Below, in pieces: positions 12,701-26,155 of a stretch of DNA of 64,000 nt (the first letter of the stretch is position 1; each line of letters begins with the position of its first letter). Location: NCBI GenBank assembly GCA_032718475.1, contig JAUCBJ010008162.1:1-64000 (forward strand), given 5' to 3'. Made by a program: the position numbers and the translations under genes. Below the pieces are notes generated by a model that was not told the origin of the DNA, did not search any database, and saw only the letters and a list, made by a program, of their open reading frames with translations. Source of the stretch: Nemertoderma westbladi. Taxonomy: Eukaryota; Animalia; Xenacoelomorpha.

Positions 12701-13812
12701 GCCTCGCGCTCTTCTTGTTCCTTCCTCCCTACTTCCTCACACTCCCTAAGGCTTCTCGCGGCCCTTTCGGCCCTCTCCCCGGTTTCCTTAATCAACGCCA
12801 TTTCCCTCTCTAGCAGCACTCTCCCCTCCTCTAACCGTCTACCTACTTCCCTTTGACCTTGCTCTATTAAATTGAGACGGTACGCGGCATTTATATCTCT
12901 CACCCGTCTTTCTTTCACGGAGGATGTAGCAGTCTTATCGGTTGTAACGGATTCCCTCCGCCTCCCCGTCCTACTAACCTTCCCCCGCCTCTCGGAACTT
13001 CCTCCGACCGACGAGGCTGAATCCTCGGGGTTAACCTCGGATTCGTCCTCCTCTGGTCTCTCCCAACCCACTAATTTTACTCCCCGGGCATCGACTAAGT
13101 ACTGCCCTACGTACACTACGCTAGGTTCTATACCCCCATACCGCCACAAGTCATACAGTTCCTCGGCAACCCCTCTCGCTCTCTCCTCGGCCAGTCCTCT
13201 TTGCCCGAAGCGCATTAGATAATAAAAGTGTCTATTCGACTTACCTAGTCTTCTCTTTAGTTTTACCTTGTCCATCTTCGCCCCTCCTCTGGCCTCCTCT
13301 AATAGTCTCCGGGTCGCGTTGTAGGCCCGTTGAAGTCGATCAGAAACCCCGACGTCCTCGTCGCCGACCTCTCGTCCGTCTCTCCGGGTCCGGCGTCGTA
13401 CCGTCGGCCCCCCCGTCGCCGTTTCGGTGGGCCGCTCGTCGCTCTCGGCCTGTGGCTGGCCGGCGACATCGGTACCGACATCTCCTCCGTCTCTTCGGGT
13501 CCGGCGTCGTACCGTCGGCCCCACCGTCGCCGTTTCGGTGGGCCGCTCGTCGCCCTCGGCCTGTGGCTGGCCGGCAACATCGGTACGTCGACCCACGTCT
13601 CGTGTCAACTTGTCTCCGTCTCCCTCCGTCTCGCTCTCTCCTTCTCTTGGCTCGATCTCGGGTTCCAGGCGGCCCCCCTCATCCTGGACTGCCGGATGAC
13701 CCGTTACTGATGGGTCCGGCGTTGTGGGCCTGTACCGCCTGGTTGCGGCCTCGCGGATCGTTGATTCTTCGTCCGGGGTCCGCGTCGGCGTTGTCTCTCC
13801 CGACTGGCTCAT
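9767..13812 (-). pseudogene. gag: Bel-Pao gag in frameshifted pieces (11485-13812, 10638-11582, 9767-10579)
   Basis: Coiled-coil E/R repeats. The DUF1759-like core LPPVEPFKFD...LKYLQVYTGG...AWRALDREYG...LPNWLRNKW is homologous to the gag core at about 54250-54800. Internal 60-bp (11680-11930) and ~120-bp (13375-13590) tandem duplications. Confidence 0.85.
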
Positions 13813-13977
13813 CTCGCTTGGTGATTGGTGGCTGGTGGTTTAGCTGGCTAGGGGAACAGTTCCGATTTAATTACTGAGTTTAGCGCGGGCGGCAGCACTG
13901 GTTTTAATTACTGTGACGGGATCCAGGAAGGATCCCGATTTATCCGTTGTTTAATTCACTCGTCCCCGCCGTGTGTA

Positions 13978-14500
13978 TGAAAGGTAAAAGGGAATCCGTG
14001 TCGTTCGTTGTATATAATAACTGATATAGATATAGGGTATATAGATATAGGTGTACGGATAATGTTGTCGTATACAGAAGGCGGGATACGGTAATTAAAG
14101 TCCCGGTCCTTCCCTAGCTAAACTAACTAACCTAAACTAGCACCAATATTACACTGAGATAACTGAATTGATATGATTACTGCCAAGTGGCTATATTGCA
14201 CGGTTGGCCTTGTTACTCTACCTAACCGATGCCTTTCCCCCCTCTGATTGGTTGATACCCTTGTTGGCGCCCTTTGGAGTGTTTCCGTTCACTCCACCTG
14301 TTCTCTCTGGGTTAGAGGTTTGGCCCCTGACCTTCATTGTGTGTTTCCTTCCCATTTTGTTGGGGTGGCACGAGTTGGTTGATTACCCAATCTCGTGGCT
14401 CCCAATATTGCTTATCGGCTTAACTTTATGGGGTGTTAGCGGGATTGAATAAGCTAACACATTTCACTTTGTCGTGCCGTGCCATGCCATGCGTATCTCA
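13978..14500 (-). repeat. Probable 5' LTR of element B
   Basis: Minus strand TGAGA...TTTCA. The outer edge coincides exactly with the switch to an unrelated plus-strand integrase fragment at 14501. Confidence 0.55.
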
Positions 14501-16499
14501 CTGACGAACTCCTGCGAATGCTGATGGATGAAATCGCCGCTTATGCCAGTCTCCTCGAATCATGATTCCTTAGAAGAATTAACACGCGCGCATTTTCTGC
14601 TCAAGAAGCCAGTGGCCATGCTTCCCATATCGGAGATTAATGTTGGGGAGAAATACTGTAAACAGATGTGGCAACTGATGCAGTTGTTATCCCGCCGTTT
14701 TGCGAAATACATTTTGAGAAATACTATCTTTCAACTCAGAACTAAATTGTTTGCACAGCAAGAAAATATCAGTGCAAGAGACATGGTTCTAATAGTCGAT
14801 TCGGATCTTCCCCGCAAGAGGTGGCAGATTGGTCATATCATCGAGACCCAGATATCCAACGACGGTTTCATGCGATCGGTAGAACTCATAGTTATGAGGC
14901 GTAACCATAGGAAGAAAGGAATAGTCTCCGAGACTCAACAACTCAATCGCCCAATTGGTCATCTGTGTCTGTTAGAGCAAGACCGAGAGTTATCCGGGAA
15001 CTACGGTAAACAGGGAACTCTACCAACGACCATCTCCCAGATCCAATATACATCTATAGACTCAATAACTCATTATTTACAGGAGCAGGTGTGTGAGAAC
15101 CCTTTATTTGTCTTTATTTTATATTTTATGTACGCCTTATTATGTAATTATATATTATTATAATAATTTTTATTTAATTTTATTTAGTAGAATAATTCTA
15201 TAAGCAATTATTCAGTAAATTAGTGCAATACCCTATGTATGCCATATTAATTAATATTATAATACATATTATATTTTAGTTAATGACTGGAAATAATTTA
15301 ATTTTTTCTCCTTTTCCTTACTGTCCGTATATTATTATAAATACGTGATTACAGAAAGATAGGTCACTTAATAAAGCAAATTCTACTTTGGTTCTACTGT
15401 ACTTTATGTATTATTGATAAAAGTAGAGTATTAGGAATGCAAAGTTCAGATCCTCGTGTCTCGGCTAAACCAAGCTCCGGGTAGCTCGGTAGACATTGGA
15501 AACGACTTGCCTCTTCTCACTGACATTGTTTATTGCAATATTGCTCTCATACCGTAGTCCTAAAATAATAGTATAGTAGGAGATGTACATTTAACAGTAA
15601 ATCTGTTAAACCATTTGACCATCTGAAATTCTAGTCGATTAAGATATTGTGGCACCCACTGATATACTTAAAAGACAAAATTTATAGAATCAGTGGTTAA
15701 CGTCCCCAGACATGTTCTGGAATAAATCGGTGCCCATCCTAATTAAAAATAATAAAATTCATGGGAATAAATTTTAAATTCATGTCCCCTCATGAATTAA
15801 ATGAAATTGTCAATTTAAGACAATTTATTAAAAAATTCCCTAAAATTACTCAATTAATAGATCGTGGGAGCGGAGATCACCCTATTACAACAGTGTGAGA
15901 GAATCTCCTAATGTGCATTTAAATAGCCGACAAAATTAATAAACATCATATAAAGTATAATAACCCGAGAGTCACTATTAAATATTACCCCAGATCTGTA
16001 TGCATGAGAAATACCCTAATTCTACTGCTAGTTGAGCATAATGTCACCTTAGCAACAACAGCGCTAGTATTAAATACAGAAAAAGAACATTAGAAAGCTT
16101 GCCTCATTGATTAGAACGCATAGTGTATAGTAGCCAGGGATACACAACAACATTGTGACATTCTGGAAGCACTGACTAACGGAAATGTGGCCATAAATGT
16201 ATGATTTGTTGTACGAATGTGGATTTGTGTGTTTATAGGTGAATGATACTACAAAAGTGTGTTTACAGTAGCGAGCCGCAATTGTGAAAGTCATCCTGTA
16301 CCTGCAATCATTACCTCAAATATATTGAGTTGAGCCCTTGAAACGGAAAGTTAGAGTGACTCACGCTGGTTGTTGTTGTCATTGTGTAGCTACAATGTTG
16401 GTGAAGATCATAGCGATAGCAGTACGCCATCGCTGAGGACCTCTGACTGTCCGGAGAGCAGTTGGGAGAAGAGGCAGTGACGCCTGCTGGCCTTCTTAG

Positions 16500-18461
16500 T
16501 ATAACTCTATATATTGACAAACTCTCACTTATATACAATGTTGGACTTCATAAAAGAGAATCTTGATATTATGGAGAGATATACTCAACCTCTACAAGCA
16601 TTCCTCGATAGTCTATCAAGCGGTGATATTGGTAAAGAACCTGCAGCGGATGATAAACGATACGTCGAGCCATTGATGACAGAAGAACAACTCCAGCGTG
16701 AATTAGATTATTGAAGGTTCACCTCGAGCTACAATCATTGAAATGATATGTATATGGATTTTCTAAATATGTGACACCCTATCGATCTACACGATACTGA
16801 CTATCTAGACACATAAACTGAGATGGTTTTATTTTGATCCCATGCGCAAAGACAATGTCGCAATAAACCAAGAATCGAGCATGATATCAGCCCCGAACGC
16901 GTGTAATCTCTGCCAGAGTTTTAGGGAAACACTCAAATGACCGGAAGAGAAGAATCAGTGAGAGTAGAAGCATATCGCGATTGGCGCAGTTTATAGTTTT
17001 ATGAGCATTCCCCTCTGTCCTTCCTTGGCCATCTAAGCCATATTCGAAAATACCGCACTTTCCAGGTGGTTAGCTGATGTGTTCAGTCAAACCATACGTT
17101 CCCATCCACTTACCCTGGGAACTAAGCTCGCTAAGTTAGATGAACATAACAAATTCATCCGATTTGAATGTTTCAGGCGCTTTCTGACTGAACTCACCTT
17201 CACACACTGCACTGACCAAACTCAGCCTGCAGGACTCTGCCTCTGAGAAACTAGATAGTGCTGGATTTGCAATCTTTAAAGATGTTTGCATTTAAAATAT
17301 ACATTCCTCTGTTCTACAGAGAATCCCTTGGGGATATTCCGTCATGGAAATCCAAACTGTAGATTCTTCAAAAAGAATGACCACATCTATTGAAGTGATG
17401 ACTTCTAGGAGCAATGATGATGATCACACTCTGGAGTGGTATTAAGGCCCTCAACATCTTACAGCCTATGACTATAGACATGCCAGCTATATTTCCCAGA
17501 AGCGGTGCCGATTATGCGCCTCTCGTGATCACACTACTCCATTAGACTCTGACGAACTTTGTTCTTATTTCAAAGAAAAACCCTTAATGGAGATTTATTG
17601 TGCTTATTGCCACATCAATAATAAGCATATCTTCGTTGTTTGTCCTTAGTTTATGACACAATGTCATTACTGTCAACTTAAAGGACACACTAGTTGTGAT
17701 TGCCCTTTTAGCGAAAGTCGACATCGAAAGTGTAGACAAGTTAATTGTACTTCGATACATACGAGCTTGGGAAGCTAGCGCAAATCTTGAGTCTGTGAGT
17801 CGCGCCATCATTATTATTCGGGACATGCGTAAGAGGGAGTGTATACATTTCACCCCTTCTCTTTCCCATAGTCAAGCAAAAAACTTGTATTTCCAGCTAC
17901 AAATTAATCAAAAACATTGGTTAGTGTATTTCCACCAAATATGTCTGGAAATATTTACGAAATATTAATCCGAGTAATATTGAATCTTATCATTTGATTA
18001 GCTTTATTAGTAGAGACCCCGAGTACATTGAGACGTTTGTAAATGCACACCCTGAGTTACAAGAAGTCCACCGACGTCCTTTATGAGTACAAAGAGAACG
18101 GGAATTAGAAAGAACCATTAAAGCCCGAAAATTTCTGACTACTCACAGTCCACCTACGGTGGTCGTACAGATGACTAAGACGGGACCAGTACAGGCTGCT
18201 GTCCTGAGACGGGCCTTAAAGGTTGTGCGCCCTCAATCCCTTGGGTCCTCTAATAAATGTGTTGATATCACAGGCCAATCAAAGGAGAGGAGAGAACCTC
18301 ATATCGACATTGCTCAACCGAGTACCTCGACCGGCGGATACAACGACCGAAATTCAAATCATTCATATGCAATTGTATTGGACCCATCCCCCAGGCGCTA
18401 TAGCTATCTTATTAAAGTGGCTCGTGCAGAGGAGAAAAAGACTGACTACTCAAAAGTTTAA
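16500..18461 (+). pseudogene. Decayed homolog of the exonuclease/zinc-knuckle ORF
   Basis: SFMSIPLCPSLAI*AIFENTALSRWLADVFSQTIRSHPLTLGTKLAKLDE (about 17000-17190) matches 38600-38863. CRLCASRDH...YCAYCHINNKHIFVVCP*FMTQCHYCQLKGHTSCDC (about 17505-17705) matches the knuckles of 60772-63372. Many stops and frameshifts; ends approximate. Confidence 0.7.
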
Positions 18462-18577
18462 GAAATTCCGTAAACGTTGTTCTAGAAAGAGGGATTGATT
18501 ATTTAGAGTAGTAAACTTATTAGAAACTGTGACTCTAGGTATATGTTATAGACTTAAGTCCCATTTTCTGGGAGCGG

Positions 18578-19087
18578 TGTTAAAGGTTTTGTAGCAAAAA
18601 TGTGTCGTTTTTGTGCAATACGCAAACTACTCTAAAACTGGTAGTATCTCAAGGGATTTGAGAACTTAGAAAACTAAGGCCCTTTAGCGTTTATTTTGGT
18701 ATAGAGCTATTGTGACGAAATTAGCGTTTATTTTGGTATAGAGCTATAGTAACGTAATCACCAGCCATTGGCCAGTATTTTCTTTGTCCCATAGCATCTA
18801 TGTTATTTTCCCGGCCAATCTATTTTCCCGAACAATTTTCACTTTACGGTTTCTTGAGGCCTTGTTTACATATGAATATGCCGCAGTGCGACAAAATCAT
18901 TGATTCTGACTTCTGCCCAAGACCATCAGCGGTCAGAGGGCTATCAAGCACAGTCAATTATCTCTCCACTTACTGCAGTCAGTCTCTGCACTCTCTTCAC
19001 TTATGGCAAATATCTAACTGCTGATTAACTGCTGGCACCGCATATTTTATACTGTTTTATACTGTTATTCATTGTTGTTTGGTAACA
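18578..19087 (+). repeat. Probable 3' LTR of element C
   Basis: Preceded by purine tract GGGAGCGG; TGTTA...TAACA termini. Confidence 0.55.
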
Positions 19088-20057
19088 TATTTAATGGATG
19101 CTTATATTTGGAGAATACATAAGAATAATCGATAATTTCCCCTAACTTTCTTTATTATTGAGGTAAGCAGAATGGAACATAAGTAACAATTGCTTGGCTC
19201 AAATTACAGTGGTCTGTATGAATTTTATGCTATTCCATAACCCAAACGTAAGTGAGCTAAATTTCTCCTTATATATGAGTAAAATTGGTAACAGTCGGCA
19301 AATTAACGTGTTTCAGTACTATTGTCGGTAAAGTGAGTGCGAGCGAATAATTATACATTCCTAAAGCATGTAAAAACGGTGACGTTTCATAACCCTCCGT
19401 TGTTATTAGTATAAGTCATAACTCTGTCTGATATTTAAAGCGCAGCATCTAAAGGAACTGTTGATATTGCCCTGAAAGTAAACATAGTTTTTGGAGATCA
19501 TATAGTAGAGATCAATCGAATAATACAAAGTAGCCTACCACACTCTCGGCTATAGAATTCAGTCTCCCACACACAGTGGGTCATACGCCGTGCTAGAATG
19601 GCTTCTACTGTGGTCATATTTTGTACGGGCTGTCAGACATCATAAGACACATAAATTAGCAGGTTAAACTGTTAAAGGTCTAAAAGCGTGGACATACACC
19701 AACCGTAAATTCAACATTTATTAGAAGCTATTGATGATAAAAATTTGAATATTGACAGCGTAGCAGCAGCATTGTGTATTCAAAATTTCAAAAATTTTAC
19801 ATTTGGCCTACAGAATTATGTGAGTCCGTATCAAAATATTTATTGGGTGATAGTGTAAAACATTGAACCCAATATACTCTATGATGCAATGGGAAAATCC
19901 GCTCAGGGAAGAAAATTAATAAATAAAGAAACTGCAAGGTGGTGTCCTGAAAATGAAGTCTCATCTCACTGCTTACTGTATACAGATAAAGTCAATCAAC
20001 AAAGCAGTTAAACAATCTATTCGGCTTCTAGACAGCCGATAACTTATAACCCTTCGG

Positions 20058-20951
20058 CCGCTCAGCCTTCGGCGGTGGACCACACCGACCTGGACCCCAA
20101 AGTGTTCCGGGACAACCTTGCCTTGCGGTATGGGTTGACGCTACCCGGCCTCCCGGCTAAGTGCGAGGGGTGTGGGGAGTCTTTTTCGACGTCCCACGCC
20201 CTTAATTGCAAGTCGGGGGGTTTGATTATCAAGCGGCACAACGAGGTGCGGGAGGTCTTCGGGGACTTAATCGCGTCCGCGTTCGGGGGCTCGTGCGTCC
20301 AGCGTGAGGTTACGCTGGCGTCCGGCTACCTGGACAGACAGGGCCGCGAGGTGGGTGGAGTAAGGGTGGACCTTCTGGCGAGGGGAGTCTGGGCCGAACA
20401 GAGGGTGGCGTCATTTGACATTGCGGTTGTAAACGCTGACGCCCCCTCTTATGTTAACCGGTCCCTAGACTCCGTTCTCCAGCAGAGGGTCCGCACGAAG
20501 AAGGTACACTATGCCGCAGTGTGCGAGGACCGTCGGATCTCCTTCACCCCCCTAGTCGGAACCACCGACGGGGTGTGGTGCAAGGAGGCCGATATCCTAA
20601 TCCGCCACCTCGCGGAGACCCTGGTGGCCCGGCAGCGTGGAATGCGCGAGCGAGGCCTAGCCTGTGTGCTGGGCGGAGTGCAGAGGCGCCTATTGTTTGC
20701 GTTGCTGCGCTCAAACTCCCTGTGCCTGCGTGGCGGTAGGCGGCCATGGAGGGCGCTCGGGTTTGGGGACGGTGCCGGTCTGCGGGGGTTTGACCTCCAA
20801 GACCGGTACTGAATCCAAGTTTTAGACTTGTGTTTGGTGGAGGGATGTAAAAATTCTTACTAAATTTAATTTTGGTGGTGGTGGAAATTAAAATTAAAAA
20901 TTGTATTTGACTTTTTATTAATTATAATTAATATTATTAAATAACATTAAA
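20058..20951 (+). mobile_element. 5'-truncated CRE-like non-LTR retrotransposon (CCHC + restriction-like endonuclease)
   Basis: ORF 20075-20812 contains FRDNLALRYG, CEGCG...HALNC...RHNEVR, RVDL...GVW...FDIAV, KKVHY and FTPLV. 13-bp TSD TATAACCCTTCGG at 20045-20057 and 20952-20964. GC-rich insert in AT-rich DNA. Confidence 0.85.
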
Positions 20952-21989
20952 TATAACCCTTCGGATGAATTCATTAATTTTAATCAATTAAATTAATTTA
21001 TATTAATTGATTAATTACTTATTTAATTAACTTTATCATTTATTATCTACATATAAGTATGTAGGTAGGCTATGCTTGCTTCACAATAATTAATTAATAT
21101 TTCCAATACAATATACATTTCGCAAATAATTGATAATACATTCTATTGCGAGCACTATTGCGTGAGTATACACTTGCCGCACAATTATTTAATTATACAT
21201 TCTGTGCTGCACAATTAATTAATAATACATCGTCACCTTCAAGGCAGAACCCCCTAAGTCGATTTTTTTCGATTTTCATGTTTTTGACTTTTTGCATAAT
21301 TCGATATCGGCTTTTAGGTCTGGCAGAACCCCGAAGCTTTTCTACCAGCCATTTTTGAGTTACAGTATAAGCCAAAGACAGATCCCCGTAACTTATGCCC
21401 ACTTCGAGGCAGAACCCCACAAGTCAATAATTGGCTTGCAAAACACCGTAAATTCAAGTATATGAAATTCAGTCCACCTGGCAAAACCCCTTAAATTAGA
21501 AATAACAACCTGTAAAACCCCTTAAATCAGAAACAATAGCCTGGCAAAACCCCGTAATTTATCATTTATATACTGGTTTGTATTGCGGCCAGGATACAAA
21601 TATTAATGAGAGACACAAACATTATTGAGGGACGCAAACATTAATGAGGGACACAAAACATTAATAGGGGTCCATGGTTGCCAATGGATATTAATATGAG
21701 CGATGGTGATGCTTGCCATCAGACGATCAGATATTAAGTGATTAACTGGAATTAATACTACCATGGGAACGTGAGCTTCGATCAAAGTACCGCCGTTTTG
21801 TATACATTCCATCTTCCTAATTAGATGGAAATTAATTGAAAGCGATGTTCGGTTCTGTTGTTCAGTAAAATATGTTAATATTTATTGTTGTTATTGTATT
21901 GCTTGACAGTAATGATAATTGTAATACTGTAATATATTGTATGTGTATGGGTGGTAACATGAATCATACTAAGCGCGAAGGGCGATAGT

Positions 21990-23635
21990 GCCCATGATTA
22001 ATGTTTGTGCCCTTGATTGATATCTGTCCCTCGTTTAGTGTTTGTGTCCCTCATTAATGTTTGTGTATCTCATTAATGTTTGTGTCCCTCATTAATGTTT
22101 GTGTATCTCATTAATGTTTGTGTCCCTCATTAATGTTTGTGTCCCTCATTAATGTTTGTGTCCCTCATTAATGTTTGTGTACCTCATTAATGTTTGTGTC
22201 CCTCATTAATGTTTGCGTCCCTCATTAATGTTTGTGTCCCTCATTAATGTTTGTGGACCTCATTAATGTTTGTGTCCCTCATTAATGTTTGCTTCCCTCA
22301 TTAATGTTTGTGTACCTCATTAATGTTAGTGCCCTTGATTGATATCTGTCCCTCGTTTATTGTTTGTGTTCCTCATTAATGTTTGTGTCCCTTATTAATG
22401 TTTGTGTCCCTAATTAATGTTTGTGTACCTCATTAATGTTTGTGTCCCTTATTAATGTTTGTGTCCCTCATTAATGTTTGTGTCCCTCATTAATGTTAGT
22501 GCCCTTGATTGATATCTGTCCATCGTTTATTGTTTGTGTTCCTCATTAATGTTTGTGTCCCTTATTAATGTTTGTGTCCCTAATTAATGTTTGTGTACCT
22601 CATTAATGTTTGTGTCCCTCATTAATGTTTGTGTCCCTCATTAATGTTTGTGTCCCTCATTAATGTTTGTGTATCTCATTAATGTTTGTGTCCCTCATTA
22701 ATGTTTGTGTCCCTCATTAATGTTTGTGTCCCTCATTAATGTTTGTGTACCTCATTAATGTTTGTGTCCCTCATTAATGTTTGCGTCCCTCATTAATGTT
22801 TGTGTCCCTCATTAATGTTTGTGGACCTCATTAATGTTTGTGTCCCTCATTAATGTTTGCTTCCCTCATTAATGTTTGTGTACCTCATTAATGTTAGTGC
22901 CCTTGATTGATATCTGTCCCTCGTTTATTGTTTGTGTTCCTCATTAATGTTTGTGTCCCTTATTAATGTTTGTGTCCCTAATTAATGTTTGTGTACCTCA
23001 TTAATGTTTGTGTCCCTCATTAATGTTAGTGTACATCATTAATGTTTGTGTCCCTCATTAATGTTTGTGTACCTCATTAATGTTTGTGTCCCTCATTAAT
23101 GTTTGTGTCCCTCATTAATGTTAGTGCCCTTGATTGATATCTGTCCCTCGTTTATTGTTTGTGTTCCTCATTAATGTTTGTGTCCCTTATTAATGTTTGT
23201 TTCCCTAATTAATGTTTGTGTACCTCATTAATGTTTGTGTCCCTCATTAATGTTTGTGTCCCTCATTAATGTTTGTGTCCCTCATTAATGTTAGTGCCCT
23301 TGATTAATATCTGTCCCTCGTTTATTGTTTGTGTCCCTCATTAATGTTTGTGTACCTCATTAATGTTTGTGTCCCTCATTAATGTTTGTGTACCCCATTA
23401 ATGTTTGTGTCCCTCATTAATGTTTGTGTACCTCATTAATGTTTGCGTCCCTCATTAATGTTTGTGTCCCTCATTAATGTTCGTGTCCCTCATTAATGTT
23501 TGTGTCCCTCATTAATGTTAGTGCCCTTGATTGATATCTGTCCCTCGTTTATTGTTTGTCCCCCTGATTAATGTTTGTCCCACATTAATGTTTGTGGCGC
23601 TGATAAATATCTGTCCCTCATTTAATGTTTGTGTT
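21990..23635. repeat. 19-bp minisatellite (CATTAATGTTTGTGTCCCT)n with higher-order variants
   Basis: About 1.6-kb tandem array punctuated by the variant GTTAGTGCCCTTGATTGATATCTGTCCCTCGTTTATT. Inverted copies of the unit at about 21600-21670. Confidence 0.95.
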
Positions 23636-24189
23636 CAAGTTGCTATAAGTTACTCTAGGTTGCCGGACGTTTTGGACAATTTGGTCAGCAACTAGCAACG
23701 TAATTTGAGTAACATTAACTTTTAGTCTCCGTTATATGAGGCATCTTTTACAGCAACAAACTTTGCGTTTACATAGAGCAACTTGATCGGCAACCTGACA
23801 TGCTCAATAAGTTGCTGATAGAGTTGCTCACAATGTTGCCACGTACTGTAGAAAAAACAGGTCTTTAATTATTCGTCATGACGTACTGTAAGTGAACTTT
23901 ACTTTAACTTTAACGTAGCTGTATCCCTGTAGCTAGACTTTGTTCTTACTGTAGAGTACCACCCATGGCTATATTTTGTACTTAGAGTTCCGCTTTCATG
24001 AATCTAAATTTTGTTCTTATAGTTCTGCATTTGGCTACGTTTTGTTCAATTTGTATTGATACATGATTCTAACTACAGTCCCGTACTTATTTTAGAAGCA
24101 ATTAATACCAAAATATCAAAAACTTATGGAGCCCTTTAGAATTTTGAATTCAACAATTTCCAACATGTGCGCAAGTGTGTTAGCTATAT

Positions 24190-25786
24190 ACTACTACTAC
24201 TACTAGGTCGAGCGAACTCGGACAGTGGAAATGAGATCCTTCCAGGCTTCCCGATTCTCCATAGTTGTCGCAATTTCGTTTCTCCCAAGTTCAGTATCCC
24301 TTTCAAGTTGATCTATATATGTTATGGCAGGTCGTCCACGACTACGCTTTCCATGAGTTGGTTGCCAGAGAAGTAGATCTGGTATGACCTCGTCTTTACT
24401 TCGCCAGCAGTGCCCACTGAATCTTAATCTGCGTTCACGGAGGGTGGTTGATACAGGTGGTATTGTACCATAAAGCTCGGCGTTTGTCATGTGTTGTCTC
24501 CAGCTGATGTTTAGGGCTTCCCTTAGTAGTCTTGTGTAGCAACCATCAATTCGTTGTTCAAGTGATTTAGTCAGCGTCCAGGTCTCACCCCCGTATAAAA
24601 ATACACTTTCCAATGTGGCTCGAAAGAACTTAGTCTTCAGGTGCCTGGAGAGATCTGATTTCCAGATGGTATCCATTTTTGATAGAGCTACCCAAGCCTT
24701 TGCTTTCCTAACTTCTATGTCCTTTTTGCTACTCTCTATCCATGATCCAAGGTACTGGAAGTCATCGACCTTCCTTAGTTGATTATTATCAATGGTTGTC
24801 AAGTTTCCATCAACATTAAAGGTCATGAATTCGGTCTTGGTAGCATTTATATGCAATCCAACCTCCTTAGCAGCCCTCTCCACTTTATTTAGTAGAAGCT
24901 GTGCATCTGCTAGCGTATTAGAGAGCAGGGCGATGTCATCCGCAAAGTCGGTGTCTGTGACTGTAGTTGCCGGATATCTACTACTTCTGCGTTCTTGAAG
25001 TGTGAATCCCAGATCTTCACCCTTTGTGGCCGTCCTCATTGCGTAATCCAGCACAATTACAAATAGTAATGGTGCTAATGTGTCACCTTGCAGTACGCCA
25101 GCCAGGATTGAGAAAAACTCAGTTTCACCGTCAGGTGAGAGTACCTGCGCTTCTGTGTCACAATATAACAATCCAATGCCAGCAACAATTACTTCTGGTA
25201 TTCCATAAGCTCTTAGGATTTCAAGCATTTTACCTCTATGGATGGAGTCGAATGCCTTCTTGAAGTCCACAAAAGTCATGACTGCGGGGAGATTCTTTGA
25301 CTTAATTCCTTCAATCAGTCTCCGTAGTGCAAGTATCTGAGCTATTGTTGATCTACTTGGTCGAAATCCGTTTTGGCTCTTACGCAGTAGTTTCTCTATG
25401 TGAGGCCTAATCCTATATAGAATTATTTTATTGTATATTTTGGCAGCTACCACAAGCAGACAGATCCCACGATAGTTTGTTGGTATGCCGAGGTCTCCTT
25501 TCTTGGGGAGAGGCTTTAGTTGACCTTTAGTCCAAATTGGTGGTGGCTTTTCCCCTTTTAACATCCGGTTGCAAACATTCAATAATGGTCTATTTAGCAC
25601 TCCGGTTTTCCATACCTCCGCTGGGATTTCATCTAATCCACTCGCTTTATTATTGGACACGCTTTTAATGCTTCTTTGGAGTTCGGCAGGTGTGAAGTCC
25701 CCTGTTTCTATAGGTAGTGTCTTGTCATATATTTTCCTTGTAGGGCTGACCTCGATGTTTGGTGGCTGCCCAAGCAAGTTGCTGAA
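24190..25786 (-). mobile_element. 5'-truncated RTE-clade LINE with uninterrupted RT ORF (24203-25777)
   Basis: NYRGICLL, SQNGFR, FVDFKKAFDS, GVLQGDTLAP, DFADD, YLGS and RRLRFSGHC motifs. (TAG)n tail. 11-bp TSD GTTAGCTATAT at 24179-24189 and 25787-25797. Confidence 0.92.
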
Positions 25787-25971
25787 GTTAGCTATATTGT
25801 ATGTGATTATTTGTTATTATTGCGTTTACAGGTAATACTAACACCTGATCATGTGCTAGTTAACATGTTAGATAGCACGTATTACCTAATAACAAATGCG
25901 CACATGTATTACGTTGGCACTACGCACTAAATAATTAAGGACGTACGATACGCCTTGGCTACTATTTGATA

Positions 25972-26155
25972 TATTTTGCTTTTTTTTTGTAAAAATTCGG
26001 ACTTGTGGTGTTTTGCCAAATTGAGGATACCTTGTTTTCTAGGCAATACCCCGCAACTATCGTATAGTTACGGGATAATACCAGAAAACGGTGTCCCCCT
26101 TGTTTTGGCAAAACACCATAAGTCAGAATTTTTTCAAAAAAACCGCAATATATTT
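25972..26155. repeat. Imperfect palindrome / MITE-like foldback
   Basis: AAAAATTCGGACTTGTGGTGTTTTGCCAAA (about 25991) is the inverse of TTTGGCAAAACACCATAAGTCAGAATTTTT (about 26104). Confidence 0.55.

Larger units (their letters stand above)
7794..14500 (-). mobile_element. 3'-truncated, frameshifted Bel-Pao LTR retrotransposon (element B)
   Basis: Order on minus: LTR, gag, CCHC knuckles, protease, RT. It ends just after RT at the LTR-like repeat. Confidence 0.9.
14501..19087 (+). mobile_element. 3' part of a degenerate Bel-Pao element (element C): integrase C-terminus, decayed extra ORF, PPT, 3' LTR
   Basis: DELLRMLMDEI...LTRAHFLL...WQIGHIIET...DGFMRSVEL...RPIGHLCLLE (integrase C-terminus/DUF5641-like) at 14501-15030. 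GGGAGCGG then TGTTA at 18578 and TAACA at 19087. Confidence 0.75.

Noticed and set aside
19100-20040. Possible decayed DNA transposase
   Set aside because: Looks formerly coding and shares GTGAGTCCGTA with 26790-27280, but I could not recognise any catalytic motif.
21990-23635. CRISPR-like array
   Set aside because: Head-to-tail 19-bp units without unique spacers, no cas genes, eukaryotic TE context.
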